Part shown: positions 23,680 to 36,236 of the stretch, one piece after another
Numbering within the stretch: position 1 is the stretch's first letter
How the letters are laid out: each line of letters opens with the position of its first letter
Origin: Squalus acanthias
Lineage: Eukaryota
Direction: 5' to 3'
DNA: 64,000 bases
NCBI GenBank assembly: GCA_030390025.1
Contig: CM059445.1
Coordinates: 35,774,001-35,838,000 of the forward strand
Made by a program: the position numbers and the translations under genes
The notes under the pieces: model-generated
What the model saw: only the letters and a program-made list of their open reading frames with translations
What the model was told of the DNA's origin: nothing
Database searches by the model: none

Positions 23680-24285
23680 CTGGGATCTGATTTCCCCTTG
23701 TAATGGGAAACTCTGCCTCTCTATACAAAGACCAGAACCTCACATCCCCTTCTCTGGAGTTCTGAGCTCACTTCTGTGTAGGAGGGCCTGGATCTTCATT
23801 CTTCCCATGCTGAGGAGGGCCTGGAATTGACATTTCCTCACTTGTAAAGGAGGTCTGGACCTCACTTCCATCTGTATTGGGGGTTTGATCTCACTTCCTC
23901 CTGCAGTGGGGAACTGACCAATGTTCACTCTAAGCTGCGTGGCCGCGCAGTAATGGGAAAGGTCCCGCGCAGGCCGCTCACCGGCTTCTACATTGGAAAT
24001 ACCGCAGAAATTTAAAGGGACCGCGCATTAAAAGAAACAGGCCGCGCAAACAAAGCGCAACTTACAGGGAACATTGGGTCTGACCTCACTTCCTCCTGTA
24101 TGAGGGTGTGGGGGGGTCTCACCTCACTTCCTCCTGTACGGGGGGGAGGGGGGTCTGACCTCACTTCCTCCTGTACGGGGGAGGGGGGGTCTGACCTCAC
24201 TTCCTCCTGTACGGGGAGGGGGTGGGGGTCTGACCTCACTTCCTCCTGTACGGGGAGGGGGAGGGGTGGGGGTCTGACCTCACTT
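23680..24285. repeat. ~35-38-bp minisatellite (GGTCTGACCTCACTTCCTCCTGTACGGGG..), degenerate on the left and homogeneous on the right
   Basis: About six clear units at 24077-24285 and diverged units at 23680-23918. Confidence 0.85.
23919..24076. mobile_element. hAT-type MITE
   Basis: TIR CAATGTTCACTCTAAG / CTTACAGGGAACATTG; 8-bp flanks GAACTGAC / GGTCTGAC (6/8 match). Confidence 0.75.
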
Positions 24286-24984
24286 GCTCACTGGCCATAG
24301 TTAGTTCTCAGATTTAGAATGACCTGGGCACAGCCCGACTGGTGAATATCACTCTACACAGAGCATGTATCCCTGCTTCCTCTGCCACAGCAGACACTTT
24401 GTACTTCTGCTGAGATTAATGACTGCTTTAATGTTGCTCTCAAGTGCTGACAGTTCAGGGAGCGCTCAGTTCTGGTTAAGTCAAGGGGGTTTGACTCAAT
24501 GGCAATCAATATGCTTAAGCTAAGCTGAGATAAGCATCTTCTCCTGCTTGCTGATAAAGCAGAGCTGGATATTGGCCATGGCTTAATACATACAAACTAG
24601 AGTCAGACCCCTTCCATTGTCACCCTTAATACATGGGCAAGAATACCTGATCTGATCTTCTTTTGTGGGCTGGCTGGACAGATCACATACTGGATTAGAA
24701 GGTCATTACCTCTCCCCTCAACTTCTCTTTTTCTACCTCATCTCCAGCCTCTAGTTCTCTTTGCATCACAAGCGTTCCAGCTGCTGTTCAACCTCCGTGT
24801 ACAGAATTAATTCCTGACTCCTCTCCTAAACTTTCCCTTCACAACCCTGAACCTGCCCCATCTTGTCCTGTGGGCCTGACATATCTCAAAGTATTTGGGA
24901 CAAATTTCCTCAGAGCTCCTCCCGTTCCACCACCGTAACCTCACCGTAAGTACGGCGGAAGCCCTGTTTATGTACATAAGCATC

Positions 24985-25460
24985 TTCCACCCTCCAGTAA
25001 CTTGAGCTCATCCAAAACTATGCTGCGCCTATCGTAACTCGCACCATGTCCTTGCATCCGTCACCCCTGTGCTCGCTGACTTACACCAACACCTTGATTT
25101 TAAAATTCTCATCCTCATGTTCAAATTCCTCCATGGCCTTTCCACTCCTTATCTCTGTAGCCTCCTCCAGCCCTACAACCCTTTGAGAATTCTGCCTTCC
25201 TCCAACTCTGGCCTCTTGTGCATCCCCCACTTCCTTCACCTCACCATTGGCGACCGCACCAGGCCCTAAGCTCTGGAATTCCCTCCCTTAACCTCTCCGC
25301 CTCGCTACCGCTCTCTCCTCCTTCAAAACACTCCTTAAAACCTACCTCTGTGCTAGTATCTCCTTATGTGGCTCGGTGTGAATTTTTTTTTTATGACACT
25401 CTTGTAAAGCGCCTTGGGATGCTTTACTAATTTAAAGGTGTTATATAATCCAAGTTGTTG
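24985..25460 (+). mobile_element. L2-like LINE 3' end inserted in a small palindromic MITE (24897-25535)
   Basis: LDFKILILMFKFLHGL..PYLCSLLQPYNPLR; the two flanks are imperfect reverse complements of each other. Confidence 0.75.
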
Positions 25461-25701
25461 TAGACGGGGTTTCTGCCACACATCTGGTGAAATTACGGTG
25501 GTGGAGAGGGGGCTGCTCTGAAGAAATTCCCAGCCATTGTTTCGAGTTTACCTTCTCTGTCCTGTTATCAAGCTCTTTCCTCTGACATGGAGGGATTCAG
25601 CCATGTTACTCTCCTGTTGTTGTCTCTAAGGCGTGGTGGCCCCCACCCCCCGCCCAATCACCATGTCACGATGACTAGAACTGTAAGCTTTGCTCCAAGT
25701 G

Positions 25702-26105
25702 CATAGAATCATAGACTCTTACAGCAAAGATGGAGGCCATTCGGCCCATCGTGCCTGTGCCAGCTCTTTGGTAGAGCGATCCAATTAGTCCCACTCCCCC
25801 GCCCTTTCCCCATAGGTCTGCAATTGTTCTCCTTTTCAAGTATTTATCCAATTCACTTTTGAAAGTTACTATTGAATCTGCTTCCACCACCTTTTCAGGC
25901 AATGCATTCCAGATCATAACAACTCGCTGCGTAAGAAGTAATTCTCCTCATCTCCCCTCTGGTTCTTAAATCTGTGCCCTTTGGTCACCGACCCTCCTGC
26001 CAATGGAAACAATTTCTCCTTATTTACCCTATCAAAACCTCATATAATTTTGAACACCTCTATTAAATTTCTCTTAACATTCTCTGCTCTAAGGAGAACT
26101 ATCCC
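25702..26105 (-). mobile_element. CR1-like LINE 3' end
   Basis: IWNALPEKVVEADSIVTFKSELDKYL. Confidence 0.88.
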
Positions 26106-26317
26106 ACGTAACTCTCCTCTACACCATCTCCAGGTACAGCGAACACTGTTCAGCTTCAGCATGACCTCTGCAGATTTGAACTCAACCGATTCTGCAATAT
26201 AGCCCAGCGTGTTAATCACTTTGTTTACTGATGTTACATTTTGAGGGTCTTTTAACTTCTGTATTTCAGACTACTCTTGTAAGTGATCCCTCACTCCCTG
26301 TGTCTAAGAAAGGAAGG

Positions 26318-26388
26318 GAGAGAGAAAGAGAAAGAGAAAAAGAAAGAAAGAAAGAGAGAAAGAGAGAAAGAAAGAAAGAAAGAAAGAA
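26318..26388. repeat. (GAAA/GAGA)n microsatellite
   Basis: Directly visible. Confidence 0.9.
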
Positions 26389-27251
26389 ATTGCATTTATG
26401 TCCATTGTGCCTGTACTATGTTTTAAATATGTGACACCTAAACTATTATCCCTAAGGGTTCCCTTGTGGAAGGAGTTTGTATGTTAGCTGGTTGCCAGGT
26501 TTCACTAACAACTGCTGGTATTCTGGTGACACTAGGTATCCCTGAGCGATACATTGCTAGGGCCCAGATGTGAGTTGGCCACATCTGGGACTGTTTTGGC
26601 TGACTGGGCGTTGCCTGCTTTACGAGATCTGTGCCTTAGTAGAACAGGTGCTTCTGAGGAGGGGGTGGAACGGATGGGTATCAGTCCCTTTAAATGTGTA
26701 CCTTCTCTCCCTGAGTCCTTGCAGAAGGGGTTTCGGCCCCAGGCCAATCCAACTGGCTTTTCTCAGACAGAAATTACATAAATCTATAGCGGGCTGGTGA
26801 GCAATCAGCCAGCTTTGCCTCCCCACCGCTTAAGCCCACAGCTGCTTTAGAGGATTTAGTGCTGCTCGTTTCTGACTTGGACTAAAAAAAAGTAAACATG
26901 GACTGGTTGGGCCGAATGGCCTGTTTCTGTGCCGTATATCCTATTTAATAATTTGTGAACCAGCAGGAAATTTTCCCCGAGATGTAACCCAAAGGCTGTC
27001 CACAGTTCTCATACATACGCACACCAAGTTTCACACTTGTATATTTTCATGTACATTTTACAATTTATAAAAGGAGGAGGCTACATACATAACTAACCTA
27101 CACCCGCACACCACCCTACCAAATATGAACCGACACATCAATCCTGCCCAGTGCCTGCGCCTAGGCATTTAGGGTGGCGGAGATGCTTCCTCTCACTTCC
27201 TAGCGTGGGGCAAGGCCATATCTAAAATTGCCACAACACAACATTAACTTA

Positions 27252-27748
27252 GGCACTTTACAGCCTTCCGGACTCAATATCGAGTTCAACAATTTCAGAT
27301 CATAACCTCGGCCCCTACCATATATATATATATATATATAATATATATATATTTTATCCACACTTTTGGTTTGTGCCTTTTCCCTTTTTTTTCTCTCTCT
27401 CCCCCACAGCAGCTGTCTTTCATTCTGCCAGCATTTCACACTTCACACTTCTGAGCCATCTTTTGTTTCTTAACCTGTCCTATTACCATCTCGTCTCGCC
27501 TTGAGCATCTCTTAATGTCTCTTTACTTCTCACAGACCTCCCCTTTTGTTCTTTTATTCCTTCCCCCAGCCTCCCACTTGCTTTTTTATCTGTTTCATTT
27601 CCTGCTTTTTTCTCAGTTCTGACGAAGGGTCTTCGACCTGAAACGTTAACTCTGTTTCTCTCTCCACGGATGTTGCCTGGCCTGCTGAGTTTTTCCAGCG
27701 TTTTCTGTTGTTATTTCGGTTTTCCAGCATCCGCAGTATTTTGCTATT
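27252..27748 (+). mobile_element. 5'-truncated PLE (end of GIY-YIG domain plus pLTR with tail)
   Basis: GTLQPSGLNIEFNNFRS matches 35890-35941. TSD ACAACATTAACTTA at 27238-27251 and 27749-27762. Internal (TA)n. Confidence 0.88.
27615..27651 (+). ncRNA. Minimal hammerhead ribozyme (family A)
   Basis: AGUU-CUGACGA-A-GGGUC-UUC-GACCU-GAAA-CGUU-AACU. Confidence 0.8.
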
Positions 27749-28127
27749 ACAACATTAACTTATATCTTCTTACTGTTAGTTGGAAGTACTTAACCTGTCG
27801 AAGCTCCATTCTGTCGACCTCCTCCCTCCTGCACCAGGACCAGCAAGACATGACTTGTGAAATTGTACACCACCTGGTGATGCTGGCCAACAGAGCCAAC
27901 GAGCCCTCGACATGTTTTTATAAATCATTTTGATTTAAACAACTGCAAAAAAAAAGTAATGACGGCGGGAGCTGGAAAACAAAGGATGACTCACCGTTGA
28001 AATTATATTGGACCCTATTTAATAAAAATGGTGAGACCTTAATGGAAGAGGGACCATGGGTTGTGGGGGCTGGCAGAGGGGAGACCATGGTGCTGAGGTG
28101 TTGATAGACAGCCTGGTTAAAGAACGA

Positions 28128-28438
28128 AAGAACTTGCACTCATATAGCACCTTTCACATCCTCAGGATGTCCAAAGCCAATTAATTATTTTTGAAGTGCA
28201 GCCGCTGTTGAAATTTAGGCAAATGCAGGAACCAATGTGCACACAGTAAAGTCCCATAAATAGCAATTAGATAAATGACCAGTTCATCTCTTTTAGTGGA
28301 GTTGGTTGAGGGATAAATGTTGGCCAGGAGACCAGGGACTCCCCTGCTCTTCTTTCAATAGTGCCGTGGGTCGTTTACATCCACCTTGAGCAAGCAGGTG
28401 GGGATCGCAGTTTAACGTCTCATTCAAGTGATGGCACC
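28128..28438 (-). mobile_element. Deu-domain SINE split by a CR1 insertion (resumes at 29875-29896)
   Basis: SINE sequence GGCACC|ACCTCTGACAGTGCAG continues after the LINE tail. Confidence 0.75.
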
Positions 28439-29874
28439 GTAGTATCATTATTCAAGAAGGGTAGTAGGGATAAACCAGGGAATTACAGGCCAGTGAGCCT
28501 AACATCAGTGGTAGGGAAATTATTGGAAAAAATTCTGAGGGACAGAATTAGTCTCCACTTGGAGAGGCAAGGATTAATCAAGGATAGTCAGCATGGCTTT
28601 GTCAGGGGGAGATCATGTCTGACCAATTTGATTGAATTTTTCGAGGGGGTGACTAGGTGTGTGGATGAGGGTAGTGCAGTTGATATAGTCTACATGGACT
28701 TCAGTAAGGCTTTTGACAAAGTCCCGAATGGGAGACTGGTCAAGAAGGTAAGAGCCCATGGGATCCAGGGCAACTTGGCACATTGGATCCAAAATTGGCT
28801 TAGTGGCAGGAGGCAGAGGGTGATGGTCAAAGGTTGTTTTTGTGACTGGAAGCCTGCGTCCAGTGGTGTACCGCAGGGATCGGTGCTGGGTCCTTTGCTG
28901 TTTGTAGTGTACATTAATGATTTAGATATGAATCTAGGAGGTATGATCAGTAAGTTTGCAGATGACACGAAAATTGGTGGGGTGGTAAATAGCGAGGAGG
29001 GAAGCCTCAGGCTACAGGACGATATAGACGGGTTGGTCAGATGGGCAGAACAGTGGCAAATGGAATTTAACCCTGAAAAGTGTGAGGTGATGCATTTTGG
29101 AAGGACTAACAAGGCAAGGGAATACACAATGAATGGTAGGACCCTCGGAAGGACAGAGGATCAGAGGGACCTTGGTGTGCATGTGCATAGATCCCTGAAG
29201 GCAGCAGGACAGGTAGATAAGGTGGTTAAAAAGGCAAATGGATACTTGCCTTCATTAGCCGAGGCATAGAATATAAGAGCAGGGAGGTTATGATGGAGCT
29301 GTACAAAACGCTAGTTAGGCCACAGCTGGAATACTGTGTGCAGTTCTGGTCGCCACACTATAGGAAGGATGTGATTGCATTGGAGAGGGTGCAGAGGAGA
29401 TTCACCAGGATGTTACCTGGGCTGGAGTGCTTCAGCTATGAAGAGAGACTGGACAGGCTGGGGTTGTTTTCCTTAGAGCAGAGAAGGCTGAGGGGGGACC
29501 TGATTGAGGTGTACAAAATTATGAGGGGCATAGATAGGGTAGATAGAAAGGAACTTTTCCCCTTAGTAGAGGGGTCAATAACCAGGGGGCATAGTTTCAA
29601 GGTAAGGGGCAGGAGGTTTAGAGGGGATTTGAGGAAAAACTTTTTCACCCAGAGGGTGGTTGGAATCTGGAACTCACTGCCTGAAAGGGTGGTAGAGGCA
29701 GGAACCCTCACAACATTCAAGAAGCATTTAGATGAGCACTTGAAATGCCATAGCATACAAGGCTACGGACCAAGTGCTGGAAAATGGGATTAGAATAGAT
29801 AGGGCTTGATGGCCGGCGCGGACACGATAGGCCGAAGGGCCTCTTTCTGTGCTGTATAACTCTATGACTCTATG
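28439..29874 (+). mobile_element. CR1-like LINE, 5'-truncated, with RT domain
   Basis: NYRPVSLTSVVGKLLE, DFSKAFDKV, SGVPQGSVLGP, KFADDTK; one frameshift near 29240; (ACTCTATG)n tail. Confidence 0.95.
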
Positions 29875-30484
29875 ACCTCTGACAGTGCAGCCCTCCAAGG
29901 CGAATATCTAACGCTAAAAACTGCAAATAGTAACAAGTACCAGAGTGGCAGCACGTCTGCACCAGTGGCAATGCGCACAGGGTTTGGAAAAGTTAACTGT
30001 AAATCTGTTAGGGTTTGCACAACATCCTGGGAAACCTGGACAAGCCCTTGTAAAACTACAGCGCGTACAGATTCTCCATCGCTCAGTCAAAGCATTCCCC
30101 TTCCAAAATCCCTTGGAATCACAGTATTTCACCCGAGCTTTGGGCGCCCGGTCCAGCTAATTGCCAGCTACATGCCTGCCCGGGTAGACGGTGCTGGTAA
30201 GTGGGAGCATCTGCCGAAGAGAGCCATTATTCTTTTTTTTCTGCACCTTGTGCTGAAGAAACAGGAACGAAAGAATCGAGTAGCCTCAGCAGGAGATCAG
30301 CACTGCAGCGCCGCCCTGTGTCCAGAATCTCACAATACACCAACACTGTCCGTGATTATAATTTGAGGCTTGGAAACCCTTCTGGGGTGAACTGCCTCTG
30401 GGATTCTCCCACTTCACTGCCGTAACTTTGACAAACCCAGTTATGGCAGTGGAGTGGGAGAAGCCTCAAGGAAATTCAACCACA

Positions 30485-30840
30485 AATTTATATAGCGCCT
30501 TTAACATAGTAAAACATCCCAAAGCACTCACAGGAGCGATTATCAAACAAAATTTGACACAGAGCTACATGAGCTAATAGGACAGTTGGTGGTAGGTTTT
30601 AAGGAGCGTCTTAAAGGAGGAGTGAGAGAGGCGGAGAGGTTTAGGGAGGGAATTCCAGAATTTAAGGCCTAGGCAGCTGAAGGCACGGCCGCCAATGATG
30701 GAGTGATTAAAATCGGGGATGCTCAAGAGGCCAGAATTAGAGGAGCGCAGAGATCTCGGAGGGTTGTAGGGCTGGAGGAGGTTACACAGATTGCGAGGCC
30801 ATGGAGGGATTTGAACACAAGGATGAGAATTTTAAATTCA
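30485..30840 (-). mobile_element. L2-like LINE 3' end
   Basis: Reverse complement of the family at 22250-22578. Confidence 0.8.
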
Positions 30841-31414
30841 CTCCCTTTAGTAACCGATGTCTTCGAGCGGTGGGGGGGGGTCACTGACGACCGAGCAGGA
30901 GCAGATATTCTGAATGTTTTCCGCTCCCTGGCCCGTGGATTCTGAGGCCTGTTGCGGTGCTCCTAATACCAGCCAAATCTACACAGACCAGGCCTGTGCC
31001 ACTCCACACAGGGCACTCACCCACTGGGGCACAGTATTCTGCTTAAATTCAACACTCAACAGTCAATCCTCTTTTGAAACCACCTTTCGATCAACGATTC
31101 TATTTTGCCTTGGCCACAGTTGCTGATGACGCTGGTTTGCCATGTTTTACTGCAGTGTTACCGATGGTACAGCCAAGGGTCTGGCGTGGCCTCGAGAGAG
31201 AGAGAGAGAGAGATTTCTGGTCCAATCCTCGGATCTTCCGATTCAAATTCAGAAACCCAAGAAAATGTATTGATCTGCGACACTGGGAGGAAGATTTCCC
31301 TTGTGCACAATGTATCGCAAAATTGTAAAATACATTTGTAAAAGAACAGGTTTCGGTTTTCAGAGCGATTGAACTTCCGCCATTGTTTTGACTGAGGTGG
31401 ATTGCCTGTGTCTG

Positions 31415-31438
31415 AGCGCCACCTGCTGGATTACTGCT
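31415..31438 (-). promoter_or_regulatory. CTCF-like motif with accessory module
   Basis: AGCGCCACCTGCTGG followed by ATTACTGC. Confidence 0.5.
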
Positions 31439-32057
31439 GTATAACTACCAGCCGGTGCCCTAACCCTTTCTCACCATTTCCAGCTCACTTCACTCCTTCT
31501 GCTTGAAGGCACCAAACTCTTCACGGGAAATTAAACTGAAAAAGGAGCCTAATCCTAACAGTGCGGGGAGGGGGGAGAGATTAGGGCGGTGGGGGGTTGG
31601 TGAGAGGGAGGGTCGGGGGGGGGGAGGGGGGAGGGGGCTAAGGGACCAGAAGGACACACAGGACCAGATGCAGCAAGATGGAGAGGTAGAGAAATATTGA
31701 AGGGTCTTGCAGGAGGGCAGTAACCGGGCCACGGGGAGGCGGAACCTTACAGGAATATTTTGGATGTCCTCTGCCAGTGCAGGATAATTTCCTTTCTAAC
31801 ACGATGATGAACAGGTTCACGTTACACTGGTGGCTGCAGTTATTTTAGCACAGATATTTCTACATCACCACAGTGACTACATTCCAAAAGTACTTCATTG
31901 GCTGTAAAGCGCTTTGGGACGTCCGGCGGTCGCGAAAGGCGCTATAGAAATGCAAGTCCTTTTTTAACCTTATTAATGACTACATTAAAATATTACAGAC
32001 AGGAATTTAACAGAAGCACGTGCACTGGAAGCAACAGAGAGAGAGAGTATGACAGAG

Positions 32058-32508
32058 AAAGACTTGCATTTATATAGCGCCTTTCACGACCACCGGACGT
32101 CTCAAAGTGCTTTGCAGCCAATGAAGTACTTTTGAAGTGTAGTCACTGTTGTAATGTAGGAAACGCGGCAGCCAATTTGCGCACAGCAAGCTCCCACAAT
32201 TGGCAATGTGATACTGACCAGATAATCTGTTTTAGTGATGTTGGTGGAGGGATAAATATTGGCCAGGACACCGGGGGTAACTCCCCTGCTCTTCTTCAAA
32301 ATAGTGCCATGGGATCTTTTACGTCCACCTGAGAGAGCAAACGGGGCCTCGGTTTAATGTCTCATCTGAAAGACGGCACCTCCGACAGTGCAGCACTCCC
32401 TCAGCACTGTACTGGAGTGTCGGCCTAGATTTTTGCATTCAAGCCTCTAGGAGTGGGATTACCTTCTGACTCAGAGGCGAGAGTGCTACCAACTGAGCCA
32501 CGGCTGAC
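32058..32508 (-). mobile_element. Deu-domain SINE
   Basis: Near full-length family member. Confidence 0.9.
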
Positions 32509-32601
32509 AGTACAGAGAGAGAGAGAATGTGAGCGAGAATGAGAGTGAGAGAAAGAGAGCGACCTTTCCCCGCAGAAGTGTAAATGTCACACTGGTGCTC
32601 A

Positions 32602-32629
32602 CAGTGCCCTCTGCTGGAACATTACTGCA
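32602..32629 (-). promoter_or_regulatory. CTCF-like motif with accessory module
   Basis: CAGTGCCCTCTGCTGG-AACATT-ACTGCA. Confidence 0.55.
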
Positions 32630-32845
32630 TTAACACTCCGGCATCACCAGAGGCCAGGGCTTTCCACTCCTCTGCTCCCTAGCCCACAATTTCCCGCTCC
32701 TTAAAGCGAGTGGAAAAGAGTGCAGAAGAGGGAAAACCCCCAGCCAGCGATCCGAACGAACTTTTTCTGCATCGAAGTGCAGTATTTCTTCCACTTGATT
32801 TCCACTAGGTTCTATTCTTTCCCCTCTTTTTCTTATCTCCTTTCA

Positions 32846-33225
32846 TCGGAACAGGAGGAGGCCATTCAGCCCCTCGGGCCTGCTCAGTCAGTCAGTTAGA
32901 TCATGGCTGCTCTGTATCTCAGCTCCATTTACCCGCCTTTGCTCCATATCCCTCGATACGCTTACCTAACAAAAACCTAGCGATCTCAATCTTAAAAGCT
33001 CCAATTTTCCCCCAGAAGCTACAGCATTTTGGGAGATTTCTACCACCCTTTGTGTGAAAAAGGGCTTCCTGAGTCCCCTCCTGAATAGCCTGGCTCTAAT
33101 TTTAAGATGATGGTCCCTCGTCCTTGATTCCCCCACCAGAGGAAATGGTTTCTCCGTATCTAACCTTTACACATTTTAAACACCTCGATCAGATTGTCCC
33201 TCAACATCCAAAACTCAAGGGAATT
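32846..33225 (-). mobile_element. CR1-like LINE 3' end
   Basis: GGCCATTCAGCCCCTCG..GATCATGGCTG 3' UTR signature shared with the copy at 16961. Confidence 0.75.
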
Positions 33226-33342
33226 TCCTGATGTGCCCTTCAATGGTTTCAAGATGCCCTCCGCACCTCATCTAAATAGCATTCTTCCCGTGTGAGCCTG
33301 GACAGAGAGGGACAGTCTTGAAGCGTTTGACTCAGACATTGG

Positions 33343-33602
33343 CAACCAGAGGGGAGATGAGGAGAATGTTTTTTACCCAGGAAGTTGTTATGATCTGGAA
33401 CGCGTTGCCTGAAAGGGCAGTGGAAGCAGATCCAATAGTGACGTTCCAAAGCGAATTGGATAAATACTCCAAAAGGAAATATTTGCAGGATTACGGGGAA
33501 AGAGCAGGGGAGTGGGACTAATTGGATAGCTCTTTCAAAGAGCCGGCACAGGCACAATGGGCCAAATGGCCTCCTTCTGTGCTGTCTGATTCCATGATTC
33601 TA
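33343..33602 (+). mobile_element. CR1-like LINE 3' end
   Basis: RGEMRRMFFTQEVVMIWNALPERAVEAD. Confidence 0.85.
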
Positions 33603-34430
33603 AGGTGTGACAGCTGAGTCAGGTCACCCGAAACTCAAACAAGTAACTTCCAGATGAAGTCACTGGATGAAGTTGGGTTTAATAACTCCGGCTGATTTCT
33701 CCCCATCTCAGCTGGGTGACATTGTGGTCCAGTTGTTGCTTCCTCACTGCGGCCGGCTGAGATCAGCCAACCAGCCAGATCGAGGACTGAACCTGAGGAC
33801 CTTCCAAGTCTGCGTGGCTCAGCGTCACACCATGAGACCCCCCTGGACTCATGAGACTCCTTGGGCCCACTGTCCCCTCTGACCTTCCCCTCTCTGACCC
33901 CGAACGATCAGTCCTCAGCAAAGGCCTGAGCTTCAACCCCTTATGGCCCCACGTCAATGAATTTCGAGCTCAGCACGACACTCAGCTCTTTTTCTGTCAC
34001 CTTCGTCTCCGTGCCCACTTCTTTGGCCAGGAGTCTTCCCCCCGCATGGCTGACCCTCTCGCCTGTTTTCAGAATTCTCGTTCCACCTGGACCCCTCCCT
34101 CTGGCCTCTTACCCTCTCTAGATCTTTTCATTGCGATCTGCAGGCGTGACATCGGTCGTCTCCATCTCTCTGCTCCCCTCACTCACTCCTACCTCCCTCT
34201 GAACTTGCAGCATTCTGTTCTCTCAGATCCAACCCCAACATTGTCATTAAACCTGTTGACAAGGGTGGTGCTGTTGTTGTTTGGCGAACCAACCTCTACC
34301 TTGCGGAGGCTGAAACCCAACTCTCCGACACCTCCTCCTACCTCCGCCTGGACCATGACCCCACTACCGAACATCAAGCCAAGTTTCCAAGACTGTCACT
34401 GACCTCATCTCCTCTAGAGATCTTCCCTCC

Positions 34431-35387
34431 ATGGCCGCCAACCTCATAGTCCCCCAACCCTGCACAGCCCGCTTCTACCTCCTTCCCAAGATCCACAAAC
34501 AGGACTGCCCTGGTAGACCCATCGTTTCAGCCTGTTCTTGCCCCACGGAACTGATTTCTTCCTATCTCGACTCTATTTTTTCTCCCCTTGTCCAGTCTCT
34601 TCCCACCTATATCTGCGACTCTTCCGACGCCCTCCGCCACTTTAACAGTTTCCAGTTTCCCGGCCCCAACCGTCTCCTTTTCACTATGGATGTCCAATCC
34701 CTCTACACCTCCATCCCCCACCAGGACGGCCTGAGGGCGCTCCGCTTCTTCCTTGAACAGAGGCCCAACCAGTCTCCTTCCACCACCACCCTCCTCCGCC
34801 TGACTGAACTTGTTCTCACATTGAACAACTTCTCCTTTGACTCCACTCACTTCCTCCAAATTAAAGGTGTTGCTATGGGAACCCGCATGGGTCCCAGCTA
34901 TGCCTGCCTTTTCGTGGGATACGTGGAACATTCTTTGTTCCAGTTCTACTCAGGTCCCCTCCCTCACCTCTTTCTTCGCTACATTGATGACTGTATCGGT
35001 GCTGTTTCCTGCTTTTGCCCTGAACTAGAAAATGTCCTTCATTTTGCTTCCAATTTCCACCCTTACCTCATCTTCACATGGTCCATCTCTGACTCTTCCC
35101 TTCCCTTCCTCAACTTCTCTGTCTCCATTTCTGGGGATAGGCTATCGACAAATATCCACTATAAGCCCACAGCTAACTGGACTACACTTCCTCCCACCCC
35201 ACTTCCTGTAAGGATTCTATTCCATTCTCCCAGTTTCTCCATCTCCGTCGCATCTGCTCTGACGATAACACCTTCCATACCAGTGCTTCAAATACGTCTT
35301 CCTTACTCCTCAACCGATGACTCCCCTCTACCATGGTTGACACGGCCCTCGACTGTGTCCGTTCCATTTCCCACACTTCTGCTCTAA
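34431..35387 (+). pseudogene. PLE reverse transcriptase ORF fragment
   Basis: 318-aa ORF with PLE RT motifs including YIDD; frameshifts on both sides. Confidence 0.9.
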
Positions 35388-36198
35388 CCCCTTCCCCTCC
35401 CTCCCAGAACCACGATAGGGTTCCCCTTGTCCTCACCTTTCACCCCACCAGCCTCCACATTCAATGGATCATCCTCCGCCATTTCCGCCACCTCCAGCAT
35501 GATCCCACCACCAAACACATCTTCCCCTCACCTCCCCTTTCAGCATTCCGAAGGGACCGCTTTCTCCGCCCTGGTCCTCGCCTCAATCACCCCCAACACC
35601 CCCTCCCCTCCCCTCCCCACGGCACCTTCCTGTGCAAGCGCAGGAGATGCAACACCTGCCCTTTTACTTTCTCCCTTCCCACTGTCCAGGGCCCCAAACA
35701 CTCCTTCCAGATGAAACAGAGATTTACTTGTACATCTTGCAATTTAGTATACTATATTCACTGCTCATGATGTGGTCTCCACTTTAATTGTTCGCTCCAC
35801 TCCCACTCTGACCTCTCTGTCCTCGGCCTCTTACATTGTTCCGACAAAGCTCAACGTAAGCTCGAGGAACATTACATCATCTTTCGATTAGGCACTTTAC
35901 AGCCTTCTGGACTTAACATCGAGTTCAACAATTTCAGATCATAACCTCTGCCCCTATTTTTTCACATGGCAGCTGTTGATGTTCCTGCCATTCCCATTTA
36001 CACCTCTTCCAGACTCATCTTTTGTTTCTTTACTTGTCCCATTACTATTTCCTTTTGCTTTGTACAATCATCCCTTTTGTCATTTAATCTCTCCTGCCTT
36101 CCACCCTATCACAGACCTTCCCTTTTGTTCTTTCCTCCCCTCCTCCATTTCCCTGCCCCTGCACTTGCTTAAAACCTGTTACATCTCTAACTTTTTAC

Positions 36199-36236
36199 AG
36201 TTCTGACGAAAGGGTCATCGACCTGAAACGTTAACT
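36199..36236 (+). ncRNA. Minimal hammerhead ribozyme in the PLE pLTR
   Basis: AGUU-CUGACGA-AA-GGGUC-AUC-GACCU-GAAA-CGUU-AACU. Confidence 0.75.

Noticed and set aside
24077-24285. CRISPR-like regular repeats (also 40283-40665)
   Set aside because: No unique spacers, vertebrate context and no cas genes; these are minisatellites.
28361-28438. N-terminus of the 302-aa RT ORF
   Set aside because: Read-through from flanking antisense SINE sequence, not part of the LINE.
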